Shown: piece by piece, positions 29,107 to 39,147 of the stretch | How positions within the stretch are numbered: position 1 is the stretch's first letter | Layout of the letters: each line of letters starts with the position of its first letter | Assembly (NCBI GenBank): GCA_043821645.1 | Contig: JBDRCO010000033.1 | Span: forward strand, 13,735-77,734 | Length of the DNA: 64,000 bases | Reading direction: 5' to 3' | Source: Pseudomonadota bacterium | Lineage (GTDB): Bacteria; Myxococcota; JACRCW01; JAFGSX01 | Notes under the pieces: generated by a model | The model's database searches: none | What the model saw: only the letters and a program-made list of their open reading frames with translations | What the model was told of the DNA's origin: nothing | Translations under genes and position numbers: made by a program

Positions 29107-30540
29107 ATGCCAAGGTCGACGACGACGACGAACCAGGAGCTCGCGGCCAGTCTCCAGCTCGCACACTGGGCCTGTGGCCTGCGCAACGAGGACCTCGGCG
29201 ACGACGCCGTGGACAGCGCTCAGCTCTTTGTGCTCGACAGCGTGGCCTGTGCCCTGGGTGGATTGCAACAACACGATGTGCGCCTCCTGCTCGACCACGT
29301 GCGGGAGCTCGGTGGCCATGCCCAGTGCAGCGTGCTCGGTACGACGCTGCGCTGTGACCCGGTGCGCGCGGCCTGGATCCAGGCCCAGGCCATCCGCACT
29401 CTGGACTTCAACGACATCTACTGGAAGGCCGACCCTGTGCATCCGTCGGACCTGATCCCGGCGGCACTCACACCCTGCGAGCTGGTCGGCGGCAGCGGCC
29501 GCGATCTGATCCGGGGTGTTCTCATCGCTTACGAGATCGAGATGCGCCTGGCCGAGATGGCCAGCCCCGGGATCCGCGAGAAGGGTCTGCACCACGCCAC
29601 GCTCAGCGCCTTCGCAGCACCCGTGGCCGCCGCCGTGATGCTCGGCCTGCCGCCACAGCAGGTTCAGCATGCCATCGGCATCAGCGGTGCTCCGTCCCTG
29701 TGCCTGGGCGCTGTCACGGCGGGTGCGCTGTCCCACATGAAGAACAGCGTGGACCCGCTGGCAACCCGGTCTGGCGTCGAGGCCGCCTTGCTGGCCCGCC
29801 GTGGCTTCACCGGTCCCGGGCATGTTCTCGACGGCAAGGAAGGGCTGGCCTCCTGCCTGGCGCCGCTGGGGATACACCTCGATCTGGAGCACCTGCTGCG
29901 CGATCTCCCGCGCGGTCCCTCAGATCGCTGGCGCATTCTTGACTGCGGCATGAAGAGCTTTCCCATCGAAGCGCTGATGCATGCACCGGTCACGGCCCTG
30001 CTGGGAGTGCAGGCCGAGCACGCCATCCCCGTCGACCGGGTGCGTGAGATCCAGGTGGAGGTCATCGCCCGTGCCGCGGACATCCTCGGCGATCCGGCCA
30101 AGCGCCGGCCGACGACGCGCGAGACCGCGGACCATTCGCTGCCGTACTGCCTGGCGGTGGCGCTCGTCGACGGAGAAGTCACGCCTCGCCAGTTCGAGAC
30201 CGCGCGCATCCTCGACCCGAGCCTGGCAGCGGTGATGGATCGGGTGCGGGTGCTGCCCAACCAGGAGTTCGAGGCGCTGTTTCCGGAGAGTCAGCCCAGC
30301 CGAGTGACCCTGGTGCTGCGCGATGGTTCCACCCGAAGCCGGCGGGTCGATGTCCCCCGGGGCCATCCGCGCGATCCGATGGGTGTGCACGACCTCACCA
30401 GCAAGCTCGTCGCGCTTTGCCGCGGCTTGCTCGACGAGAAGCGCTGCCTCGCCCTGCGACAGCAGATCCTCACTCTGCACAGCGCACCCTCGGTGCAGTC
30501 TCTGTTCGAGGCCTGCCTCCCCACCCCAGACGCATCGTGA
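29107..30540 (+). CDS. prpD: MmgE/PrpD family (2-methylcitrate dehydratase-like)
   Basis: RTLDFNDIY, HPSD, ETADHSLPY, GHPRDPM. Confidence 0.88.
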   Translation: MPRSTTTTNQELAASLQLAHWACGLRNEDLGDDAVDSAQLFVLDSVACALGGLQQHDVRLLLDHVRELGGHAQCSVLGTTLRCDPVRAAWIQAQAIRTLDFNDIYWKADPVHPSDLIPAALTPCELVGGSGRDLIRGVLIAYEIEMRLAEMASPGIREKGLHHATLSAFAAPVAAAVMLGLPPQQVQHAIGISGAPSLCLGAVTAGALSHMKNSVDPLATRSGVEAALLARRGFTGPGHVLDGKEGLASCLAPLGIHLDLEHLLRDLPRGPSDRWRILDCGMKSFPIEALMHAPVTALLGVQAEHAIPVDRVREIQVEVIARAADILGDPAKRRPTTRETADHSLPYCLAVALVDGEVTPRQFETARILDPSLAAVMDRVRVLPNQEFEALFPESQPSRVTLVLRDGSTRSRRVDVPRGHPRDPMGVHDLTSKLVALCRGLLDEKRCLALRQQILTLHSAPSVQSLFEACLPTPDAS

Positions 30541-30637
30541 AGGCCTGGCACACTGCGCACCCACCTTGAGCAACGGAATCTGCTCGCCCGAATCTCCACT
30601 GCGGAGCTTAGCTTGTGACCGCCGCGAGGCTGGTTAC

Positions 30638-31060
30638 ATGGGAACCATGACCACCACGGCAAAGGGTTCTCGGATGCCTGCGCACCTGCTCACCGGCAAC
30701 GAGCAGCCCCTCTCCTTCGAAAGAAGAAACCACGCCCGTCTGCCCCTCACCCTCGCGGTGCGGCAGCTCCACGACGGCGTGCTCACCTTCCACGAGAGCC
30801 GCGACGTCTCGGCGGGTGGCCTGCGGCTGGACTGGGGTTTGCGCCTGCCTCTGCGCACCCGGGTCGAGCTGCGCTTCATGCTCCCGGGCGAGGTGCGCCT
30901 GTTCAAGCTGCCCGCGGAGGTGGTGGCCAACAACTGGAACCGAGGCGCTCCCTCGACCAGCCTGCATTTTCTGCCCGTGCAGGGAGACATCCAGGTGATT
31001 CTCGCGCACTTCGTGGATCAGCACCTGACCATGCCCTGGCAGCCCCACACACCCACCTGA
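30638..31060 (+). CDS. PilZ-domain protein
   Basis: ERRNHAR (RxxxR) and DVSAGG (DxSxxG); start uncertain. Confidence 0.8.
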   Translation: MGTMTTTAKGSRMPAHLLTGNEQPLSFERRNHARLPLTLAVRQLHDGVLTFHESRDVSAGGLRLDWGLRLPLRTRVELRFMLPGEVRLFKLPAEVVANNWNRGAPSTSLHFLPVQGDIQVILAHFVDQHLTMPWQPHTPT

Positions 31061-31132
31061 GTCCCGGCGCGCCTGCAGTGTCCGCTTCGACTGCGCGCTC
31101 TGCTGAGCGTGAATCCGGTCTAGGATGAGGCC

Positions 31133-33115
31133 ATGCGGCGTGGATCGAGCCCTGCCCCCCTGCTTGGATGGGTGCTCTGTGCGTGCGCGGTGCGTGCCCC
31201 TCTCGACGACGGAGCCCTGCCCGCAGCACCACAGGATCTCGCGCTCGCGCCTCCCATCCACGCCACCGTCAGCCGTCCGCGCTGGCTGGCGCCCTCGCTG
31301 CGATCCCTGGTCGACGACGCTCACGCTGCGACGTGGCTGACGCCGAACTGGGATCCCGCGAGGCAGAGACTCCTGGTGGAGGTCCGGCTCGCACCCGGAA
31401 CCGATGGCGACCTCGTCGACAGCGCGCTGCTGCAGGCGCAGGGCGTCTCGATCCGCGCTCGCTCACGAGCGCAGCTGGACCTGTGGGCACCCCCCTCGAC
31501 GCTGCACCGTCTCAAAGAGTGGATCCCCGATCTGGCCGCGGTGCGCCCCGCGACCCGCCCTCGATCGTCGCTAGGAGCCGTGCGCGGTCAGGGAATCGTG
31601 CGCACTGGCGCCGATCTTCTGCACTGCACGGGCGACCTGGGCCAGGGTGTCCACGTGGCCGTGCTGGACCTCGGCTTTGGCCAGTGGAACCAGGCCCAGG
31701 CTGCGGGTGAACTTGCCGCGAGCGTGGGCCCCTCGCCCGCAACGGGAAGCGTGCACGGCACGGCCTGTGCCGAGATTGTCAGCGACCTTGCCCCCGGCGT
31801 GGTGCTGCACCCCGTGGTGGTCGAGACCCTCACCGACCTGCAGGCCTTCGTCGACACCCTCGCAGGTGGGCCGGTGCAGGTCGTCAGCGACTCGCTGGTG
31901 TGGACCGGCGACTCCTTCGGCGACGGCCAGGGACCTCACTGCGAGCTGGCGCATCGCGCGCGCCAGGCCGGGGCGTTGTGGGTGACCTCGGCCGGCAACA
32001 ACGGCCACGGCACGCACTACCGCGGCACCTTCACCGACACCGACGGAGACGGCTGGCACGAGTTCGCTCAGGGCGACGAACTCAATGACGTGCAACTCCG
32101 CGCGGGCAGCACCCTGGTGGTCGAGCTGGACTGGGACGACTATCCGGTGAGCGCGCGCGATCTCGACCTGGTGCTGCTGCGGCAAGACGATGCCGGTCCG
32201 GTGCAGATCGCGGCCTCGACCGAGACGCAACAGGGGAGCGAGGCGCCGGTCGAGCGCATCCTCTTCGATGTCGCGCAGAGCGGGCGCCATGGCCTGGCCG
32301 TGGTTCGCGCCGGGGGTGATGTCGAGGGGCTCGCGTTCCGCCTGCTGCTGTTCCCGGCGACGGAGCTGGTGCTTCAGTACTGGCAAGGCGAGTCCTCTGT
32401 GCTCGATCCGGCGCCCTGCGCGGATGCCCTGGCTGTCGGCGCCGTCCCCGAGAACGAATACTTGCTGGGTGAGGTGTGGCGACACAGCGGGCGCGGGCCG
32501 ACCTGGGACGGGCGGCTCAAGCCAGACCTGGTGGCACCGAGCGGGGTGCGCACCTCGACGCTGTTTCCGTTTTATGGAACCTCGGCGGCCACCCCGCACG
32601 TCGCGGCGGGTGCGGCCCTGTACCTCGAGACCATGGCCGGGGATCCCTGGCAGGCCGGACAGCTCCTGCTCGCGGACTGCGCGACGCACGACGGTCTCCC
32701 CGACAACGACGAGGGGCACGGTCGGCTGATGCTCGAGGCGATGCGCGCGGGGTGGCAGTGCCAGCCCGAGGACAGAGGCACCTGCACGACCTCCTGCGGC
32801 ACCACAGGCACCTGGCTCTGTGGTGAGAGTTGCCGCTGGGCCCTGTGCGTGGCTCCTCCCGAGCAGTGCAACCAGCGCGACGACGACTGCGATGGCATTG
32901 TGGACGAGGACTGCGACCCGGGCACCGGGCCGAGCTGTGCCGCGGTCACCGCCCAGGGTGGGTGCTGTGCCCTGGTCCTGCTCGCCGCGGCCGCGGTGCT
33001 CCGCCGGCGGCCTGGAGGCACCCCGAGAGGGATCGCGCCGTGTGTAGTCCGTTGGGCGCCTCGCACCCACATCAGCTGCTCATCCATGGATTTGGGTGAA
33101 CACCAAGACCCTTGA
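31133..33115 (+). CDS. S8 subtilisin-like peptidase with Cys-rich repeat and C-terminal TM/sorting tail
   Basis: VAVLDLG, HGTACA, SAGN, KPDLVAP, GTSAATPHVA; CNQRDDDCDGIVDED. Confidence 0.88.
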   Translation: MRRGSSPAPLLGWVLCACAVRAPLDDGALPAAPQDLALAPPIHATVSRPRWLAPSLRSLVDDAHAATWLTPNWDPARQRLLVEVRLAPGTDGDLVDSALLQAQGVSIRARSRAQLDLWAPPSTLHRLKEWIPDLAAVRPATRPRSSLGAVRGQGIVRTGADLLHCTGDLGQGVHVAVLDLGFGQWNQAQAAGELAASVGPSPATGSVHGTACAEIVSDLAPGVVLHPVVVETLTDLQAFVDTLAGGPVQVVSDSLVWTGDSFGDGQGPHCELAHRARQAGALWVTSAGNNGHGTHYRGTFTDTDGDGWHEFAQGDELNDVQLRAGSTLVVELDWDDYPVSARDLDLVLLRQDDAGPVQIAASTETQQGSEAPVERILFDVAQSGRHGLAVVRAGGDVEGLAFRLLLFPATELVLQYWQGESSVLDPAPCADALAVGAVPENEYLLGEVWRHSGRGPTWDGRLKPDLVAPSGVRTSTLFPFYGTSAATPHVAAGAALYLETMAGDPWQAGQLLLADCATHDGLPDNDEGHGRLMLEAMRAGWQCQPEDRGTCTTSCGTTGTWLCGESCRWALCVAPPEQCNQRDDDCDGIVDEDCDPGTGPSCAAVTAQGGCCALVLLAAAAVLRRRPGGTPRGIAPCVVRWAPRTHISCSSMDLGEHQDP

Positions 33116-33161
33116 GGGCGATACTTCAAGAAGCACTCAGAGATCCAACCGGGGAGGACGT

Positions 33162-33665
33162 ATGCGCATCGCCAATCCAAGAACCCTGGCGCACGGAGCC
33201 AGCAGCCCGCCCGTGAAGGTTTCCCATGCGAAGGGCATCGTGCGCACACCCCAGAGGCCCCGCACCAAGGAAGTCATCAGCAAGCCCAACCCTCTTGAGA
33301 CCGGCGCAGCCAGGGATTTTGCGCGGCAGCGCACCCCCGAGGATCTCGTGGGCCAGCGCATGGGGCAGGCGGCCCAGGGCGTGTCACGGGCCTTTGGGGG
33401 CAAGGATCGCGGCCTCTTGTCCCGGCTTGGTGGACGGGACGACCTGCAGCATGCGGCACGGGCCGAGGCCCAGGGGCAGCGTGGAGCCCTGTGGAATCAT
33501 CTGCGCGATGCCATCGAGAGGACGACCCAGGACAGGTTCGGAGATCTCCCCGGCAGGCGCCCCCCCTTCCCGATCCAGGGCATCGGACCCAAGCACCTCA
33601 AGCCCGACATCATCCGCACCCCGAGCCTCCCGGCCAAGCTCCCGGGCGGCATCTGGGGGCCCTGA
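33162..33665 (+). CDS. Hypothetical protein (basic, Pro-rich)
   Basis: GGAGG RBS before ATG 33162; fills the gap between real genes. Confidence 0.55.
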   Translation: MRIANPRTLAHGASSPPVKVSHAKGIVRTPQRPRTKEVISKPNPLETGAARDFARQRTPEDLVGQRMGQAAQGVSRAFGGKDRGLLSRLGGRDDLQHAARAEAQGQRGALWNHLRDAIERTTQDRFGDLPGRRPPFPIQGIGPKHLKPDIIRTPSLPAKLPGGIWGP

Positions 33666-33713
33666 CTCCGGCAAGCGCCCGCTTCTCGCTGACCTGGTCG
33701 AGTTGTTTCCGCG

Positions 33714-36700
33714 TCACGGGGGAAGGGCACAGGCATGATCCGGGCTCGGTGGGCTGCGCAGGGGCAGGCCACCTATCCACACCACGCCGACACTGTCCCA
33801 GACGCTGCGCAGAAGCGTGCAGTAGGGCATGTCCAGCGCGTCGAGATCCACGCTCAGAAAAGCGCCGAGTTCGCTCCCCGCATAGAGCGCGTGGGAGCTC
33901 AGGACCAGGTGGCGCACCGGACCGTGGATGCGGGTCTGGTAGAGCTGCTTGCCATTCTGGATGTTCCAGATCCCGAGGGCACCGTTGGCATAACCGACGA
34001 GCAGGGTATCGAGCGGGCCCTCGACCAGCCGCACCACCGCACTTGATGGGACAGACTCGAAGCTGAAACTGGAGCGGGCGCCCTGCGCCTTGTCCAGCGG
34101 CACAAGCTCGATGCCGCCCTCGGCGAAGCCCAGCACCAACCACGTCGCCGTGCGCAGCACCGCCGTCACACCCACGTCCGCGTCAAAAGACGCGCGGGGA
34201 CTCCCATCGGCGGCAAAGGTGAAGACCTTGCGCCCGGCCGCGACCAGCAACTCGTCGCCGGCCGATCCCAGGGCGCTGGCCTCGAGGGGCAGATCGGTGG
34301 CGCCGCCGTGGCTGTCGAGAATGCGCACCAGGCGAGGCGTGGCCACCACGCAGGCCGTCCCCAGCGACTCGATCAGCCTGGCCTCGTCGAGGCGAGCCTG
34401 GAACAGGCGCTGGTCGGTGGCGATCTGCCACAGCTCGATGCCACCATCGAAACCCAGCAGGCACAGATGTGTGCCATCGCTGGACTCGGCCACGAGCTGT
34501 GCGTGGTCCGCGATCGCGCGCTGCCAGCCGGTCTCCTTGGCGACGCGGGTGCCATCAAGGTGTCGCCAGCCTGCATGGGAGAAGGTGACGCCGGCTCCCG
34601 CGAGCATGGCCGGACCTCGCCACACGGGCTGACCGTTGCGCGCGTTCCACAGACGAACCGTCGCATCATCACCGGTCGTGGCGACGAGCAGGCCATTCGG
34701 ACTGTAGGCGATGCCGTTGGTCTCGGTGCGGTGGCCACGCAGGACCTTGGCGGCGCCACCCGCGAGCGGCCACAAGCGCGCTGTGCCGTCTGCCGACGAG
34801 GTACCGATCCACTTACCGTCGGGCGACCAGGCCAGCCGGTAGATGCGCCCATCGTGGCGCCCAAGCTCACGGCTCTGGCCGTTGTGGACCTCGAACACGC
34901 GCAGGATCTTGTCGCCACCCCCGGTGGCGAGCAGGCGCCCGTCGGGGCTGAAGGCGACGCCGTAGACTTCAGCCTCGTGTCCGGAGAGGACACGCACCTG
35001 CTTGCCCTTGGCCAGGTCCCACAGCCGTACCACGTTGTCGAAACCGCCCGAGGCTAGCAGCTTGCCGTCGGGACTGAAATCGACGCCGGTGACCCAGCCG
35101 GTGTGGCCCTTGAGCACCTTCTCGACGCGCCCGGTGGCGACGTTCCATAACCGCACCGTGCGATCGGAGCTACCGCTGGCGATGCGCCTTCCATCTGGGC
35201 TGAAGTCGACACCGTCGACCATTGCCGTGTGCCCCTCGAGCACCGCCCGGGTGGTGCCTGTCTTGAGGTCCCAGATGCGCACGTTCTTGTCGTAGCTCGA
35301 GGAGGCCAGCAACGTGCCATCGGGGCTGTAGCTGAGACCGAAGATGTAGTCGGTGTGGCCCTGCAGAACCTGCATCTGCCGGCCGCTCGCGATGTCCCAC
35401 AGGCGGATGCTCTTGTCATACGAGCTGCTGGCCACCCGTGTGTCGTCGGGGCTGAAGGCGACGGCATACGCACCGGCACTGTGGCCCTGGGGCACGGGCA
35501 AGGTCACCTCGTCATCCAGCCGCCACAGACGAACGCTGTTATCGTAGCCGCCGGAGACCAGGCGCCGGCCATTCGGGCTCACGCTCAAGCCGGACACGGC
35601 TGCCGTGTGGCCCTCGAGCACCCGCCGCTGCACACCGGTGGTCGCGTCCCAGATGCGTATGGTGCCGTCGGAACTTCCCGAGATCAGCGTCTTGTCATCG
35701 AGCCCGAAGCACACGTCGCGAACGCGGTCCTGGTGCCCCAGCAGTTGCAGCAACTGCGCACCGGTGGTCACGTCCCACACGCGCAGGGTGGCGTCATAGC
35801 TGGCGGAGACCAGCCGCTTGCCATCTCGCGAAAAGCGCGCTGCGGCCACTTCCTTGGCATGCCCCGTGAGGACGCGGTTGGGAGAGGCACGACCCCCGCT
35901 GATTTCCCACAGCCGAATCGTGCGATCCGATGAGGTCGAGGCCAGCAACTTGCCGTCGGGGCTGTAGCTGACACTCCAGACCGAATCCGTGTGTCCCTGC
36001 AGCACCGATGTGTGCACCGCGGCATCGACATCCCACAGCCGCACGGTCTTGTCCCAGCTCGCGGACGCCAGCTGAGCACCGTCGGGGCTGAAGGCCACAC
36101 CCCACACCGCTGCCTTGTGGCCGTCGAGGAGCTTCACCGCACCGCTGGTCAGATCCCACACGCGAATCTGCCCGGTGCCACTGCCTCCGGCCAGGCGCTT
36201 GCCATCGGGGGAAAACGCCAGACTGACCACCTGATCGTCGGAGCCTCGCAGCACGCGGTTGCTGGCGGTCTCCACGTCGAAGAGGTGCACGGTCTTGTCC
36301 TGGCAGGCCGCAGCCACCGTCGCCCCGTCGGGCGAGAAGGTCACGTCGTAAACCTGGGTCTCGAGCTGGACGCGCCATTGCAGCGGATTGTGTCGAAGGC
36401 TCCACCACAGCGCACGACCCAGGGCCGAATCCTGGCTCTCCAGCGAAGCACGCAGCTTGGCCCGAGCCTCGATGAAGTCCTCCCGCAACAGGGCAGCGCG
36501 AGCGCCCTCCCGCTGCGCCTCGGCCCACTGCACACGCAGCTCTGCGCTGCGACGGCGGGCCTCGTTCTTCTGCTCGAAGAAGGCAGCCGCCATCACGGCA
36601 GCGGTCACCGCCACCACGGCCAGGGCCGCCACGGCCAGACGCTTGCGTCGCTGGGCTCGACGCTCCAGCCGCTGCCCTGCGACCAGAAACTGCTGCACAC

Positions 36701-39032
36701 TCGACGGCACCGGTGCCGTGCAGCGCGAGCGTGCACGCTGGGCATCGCGCAGGGGCGCCCCCCGCCACACTTCCTCGTCGCGACGGCCGCGCTTCTCCCA
36801 CAGGTCCGCGGCCTGGCCCACCTCGTGGAGAAAGGCGATCTCCTCCCGGCCCTCATCGACCCAGCGCGCCAGTCGACCCCAGGACCGGATCAGGGACTCG
36901 TGCACCAGCTCCAGCGAGGTCTCGCTGTCCTCATCCCGTCCCCCCTTGCGGACCGACAACAAGCGCGCCGCGGTCAGTCTATCCAGCACGTCTGCGGCGG
37001 CGGTGGGGAGCCCCTGCAGGGCCTGGGCTCGGGGCAGCACGCAGCGGGTCCCCTCCGACGTCACGAAGCGGAGCAAGAGCTGACGCGCGAAACGCACCTG
37101 CTCGGTACTGAGTCCCGTCAGCACGCCATCGGCGTGCTCGGCCAGAGCGCCTTCCACCCCACCCATCGCCTCGTAGTGCGCCCGCCTTAGAAGACGTCGC
37201 TTGCGGTCCCGCCTCTCCCACAACATCTGGATGGCGAACTGCAGCAGCGGGAGGCAGGCGGGCTCGTTCTGGACCGAGCTCACCATCTCCTTGAGCAGGT
37301 TGGCGTCGTCGACCTCGTAGCCCGTCACCTGCAAGGGAAGCAGCAGGATCTCCTCGAGGGTGGTGGGTGCCGGGCTGCGCACGACGGTGACGCGACTCAG
37401 GGCCTCCCGCACCTCGGCGCCCATGGCCACACGCCCCAGAAAATCATCGCGCAGAGTGAACACCACTCGGACCGGAGCCAGGGGATCGTCCGCGGCGGTG
37501 CAGATGGCCTGCATGAAGCGTGGACGCAGGCGCTCGTCCTCGACCAGGGTATACAGCTCCTCCAGCTGATCGATGAACAGGAGGACCCGCGAGCCCGTCT
37601 GCTCGGCCATGCGGTGCAGCACCAGCGAGAGCTGCTGCGGTGTCTGGGCGAGCTGCCGGGCCAGCTCACGCTCGTCGCTGGCCTGCAGCACCGTCCGCGG
37701 ATCGAAGCCCGAGCTCGAGAGGTGATCGCGCTGCCGGGGACGCTGGTCAAAGGTCTGCACGTCGACGGAGCTGCTGCTCCAGTTGCTGGCCTCGCCAGCC
37801 ACCAGCCGCGCGGCGAGCGTGGCAAAGGGCTGGTTGCCCGGGCGCATGGACAGCACCAGCCACGAGCCCTGCTCGCGCAGCCGGGGCACCACTCCGGCCT
37901 GGACAAAGGAACTCTTGCCGGCCCCCGACGGTCCAACCACGGGCAGCACCGGATCCTCGCGCAAGCGCTCGACAAAGGCCGCGATCTCGGCGTCGCGTCC
38001 AAAAAAGAAATCCGCGTGGCGCTCGCCAAAGGGCAACAGTCCGCGAAACGGGCTCCGTTCATCCCCGCCGAGGTTGCGGCGACGCGAGATCATGCGCTCG
38101 AGTTCGGACACCACCTCCACCGCAGAGATCCGCTGCCGGGGGTCCTTGGCCAGGCAGCGACTCACCAGCTCACCGACGTCCCTGGGCAGCTCGGCAAACT
38201 GGGTCACCAGAGGCACGGGTTCGGGAGAGGTCACCTTGAAGGCCAGGGGCGCAGCATCGCGGTCCGTGTAGGGGCGGCGACCGGTCAGCAGCTCGAACAG
38301 GATCACCCCCAGAGCCCAGATGTCGCTGGCCTGGTCGCTGGGGAGCTGCTGCCAGCGCTCCGGAGAGATGTAGGCAGGGGTGCCGACGATGATCCGATCC
38401 CCGTCGTCCCCGGCAGGCTCCGCGTCGCGCCGGGGAGAGTGGCGCTGCGGCGACGCTTCGTCGATGGTGTCCAGATCTTCGAGGCTGCTCTGGGTCACCT
38501 GGTCCGGCGCCGCCCTGTGCAGGGCACGGCTCTCCACCGACGCCAGGGCCTCTTCACCAATGGCCTTGGCCAGACCGAAATCCACCACCCGCAGGCGACC
38601 ATCGCGAGGGATGAGCACGTTCTCGGGCTTCAGATCGCGATGCAGCACGTTGTGGCGGTGGGCTTCCTGCAGGGCCTCGGCGATGGCCAGGCCAAAGCGC
38701 ATGCTCTCCCGCAGGCTCGGCCACTGCTCGCGCATGCGCTGGCGAAGGCTCTGGCCCTCGAGGTACTCGAGCGCGATGTAGGGATTGCCCTGGTGCTCAC
38801 CGGCAGCGAACACGGTCACGATGTGCGGATGATTGAACTGCGCGGTGGTCCGGGCCTCGAACAGGAAACGCTGGATCGATTTGGCCGAGCCCAGGTGCGT
38901 TGCGTTCACCACCTTGAGCGCGACCTTGCGCCCGAGCACGGTGTCGCGCGCCAGGTACACTTCCCCCATGCCACCCTGCCCCAGCAGGCGAAGCACGCGG
39001 AACTGATCGACCATCTCGTCGGGCTTGAGCAC
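33714..39032 (-). CDS. Ser/Thr protein kinase - STAND NTPase (nSTAND1-like) - TM - WD40 repeat protein
   Basis: GQGGMGEV, HRDLKPEN, DFG; PFRGLLPF, GPSGAGKSS, IDQLEEL; many GH...WD repeats; start GTG 39032 inferred. Confidence 0.93.
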   Translation of the reverse strand: MLKPDEMVDQFRVLRLLGQGGMGEVYLARDTVLGRKVALKVVNATHLGSAKSIQRFLFEARTTAQFNHPHIVTVFAAGEHQGNPYIALEYLEGQSLRQRMREQWPSLRESMRFGLAIAEALQEAHRHNVLHRDLKPENVLIPRDGRLRVVDFGLAKAIGEEALASVESRALHRAAPDQVTQSSLEDLDTIDEASPQRHSPRRDAEPAGDDGDRIIVGTPAYISPERWQQLPSDQASDIWALGVILFELLTGRRPYTDRDAAPLAFKVTSPEPVPLVTQFAELPRDVGELVSRCLAKDPRQRISAVEVVSELERMISRRRNLGGDERSPFRGLLPFGERHADFFFGRDAEIAAFVERLREDPVLPVVGPSGAGKSSFVQAGVVPRLREQGSWLVLSMRPGNQPFATLAARLVAGEASNWSSSSVDVQTFDQRPRQRDHLSSSGFDPRTVLQASDERELARQLAQTPQQLSLVLHRMAEQTGSRVLLFIDQLEELYTLVEDERLRPRFMQAICTAADDPLAPVRVVFTLRDDFLGRVAMGAEVREALSRVTVVRSPAPTTLEEILLLPLQVTGYEVDDANLLKEMVSSVQNEPACLPLLQFAIQMLWERRDRKRRLLRRAHYEAMGGVEGALAEHADGVLTGLSTEQVRFARQLLLRFVTSEGTRCVLPRAQALQGLPTAAADVLDRLTAARLLSVRKGGRDEDSETSLELVHESLIRSWGRLARWVDEGREEIAFLHEVGQAADLWEKRGRRDEEVWRGAPLRDAQRARSRCTAPVPSSVQQFLVAGQRLERRAQRRKRLAVAALAVVAVTAAVMAAAFFEQKNEARRRSAELRVQWAEAQREGARAALLREDFIEARAKLRASLESQDSALGRALWWSLRHNPLQWRVQLETQVYDVTFSPDGATVAAACQDKTVHLFDVETASNRVLRGSDDQVVSLAFSPDGKRLAGGSGTGQIRVWDLTSGAVKLLDGHKAAVWGVAFSPDGAQLASASWDKTVRLWDVDAAVHTSVLQGHTDSVWSVSYSPDGKLLASTSSDRTIRLWEISGGRASPNRVLTGHAKEVAAARFSRDGKRLVSASYDATLRVWDVTTGAQLLQLLGHQDRVRDVCFGLDDKTLISGSSDGTIRIWDATTGVQRRVLEGHTAAVSGLSVSPNGRRLVSGGYDNSVRLWRLDDEVTLPVPQGHSAGAYAVAFSPDDTRVASSSYDKSIRLWDIASGRQMQVLQGHTDYIFGLSYSPDGTLLASSSYDKNVRIWDLKTGTTRAVLEGHTAMVDGVDFSPDGRRIASGSSDRTVRLWNVATGRVEKVLKGHTGWVTGVDFSPDGKLLASGGFDNVVRLWDLAKGKQVRVLSGHEAEVYGVAFSPDGRLLATGGGDKILRVFEVHNGQSRELGRHDGRIYRLAWSPDGKWIGTSSADGTARLWPLAGGAAKVLRGHRTETNGIAYSPNGLLVATTGDDATVRLWNARNGQPVWRGPAMLAGAGVTFSHAGWRHLDGTRVAKETGWQRAIADHAQLVAESSDGTHLCLLGFDGGIELWQIATDQRLFQARLDEARLIESLGTACVVATPRLVRILDSHGGATDLPLEASALGSAGDELLVAAGRKVFTFAADGSPRASFDADVGVTAVLRTATWLVLGFAEGGIELVPLDKAQGARSSFSFESVPSSAVVRLVEGPLDTLLVGYANGALGIWNIQNGKQLYQTRIHGPVRHLVLSSHALYAGSELGAFLSVDLDALDMPYCTLLRSVWDSVGVVWIGGLPLRSPPSPDHACALPP

Positions 39033-39147
39033 CCTCGCCCCATTGCCGTACCGGTTTCTCCACCGGCTGGTGCAGCGCACTATAGCAGGCCGTGGCGTCC
39101 GTTGTGCCAGGCTCCCGTCGTCATCCCGGGCTGGCGTGGTCCCGGGT

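Noticed and set aside
34640-36360. DNA repeat or mobile element (recurring CCGTCGGGGCTG-like words)
   Set aside because: Explained by the SPDG motif of WD40 repeats.
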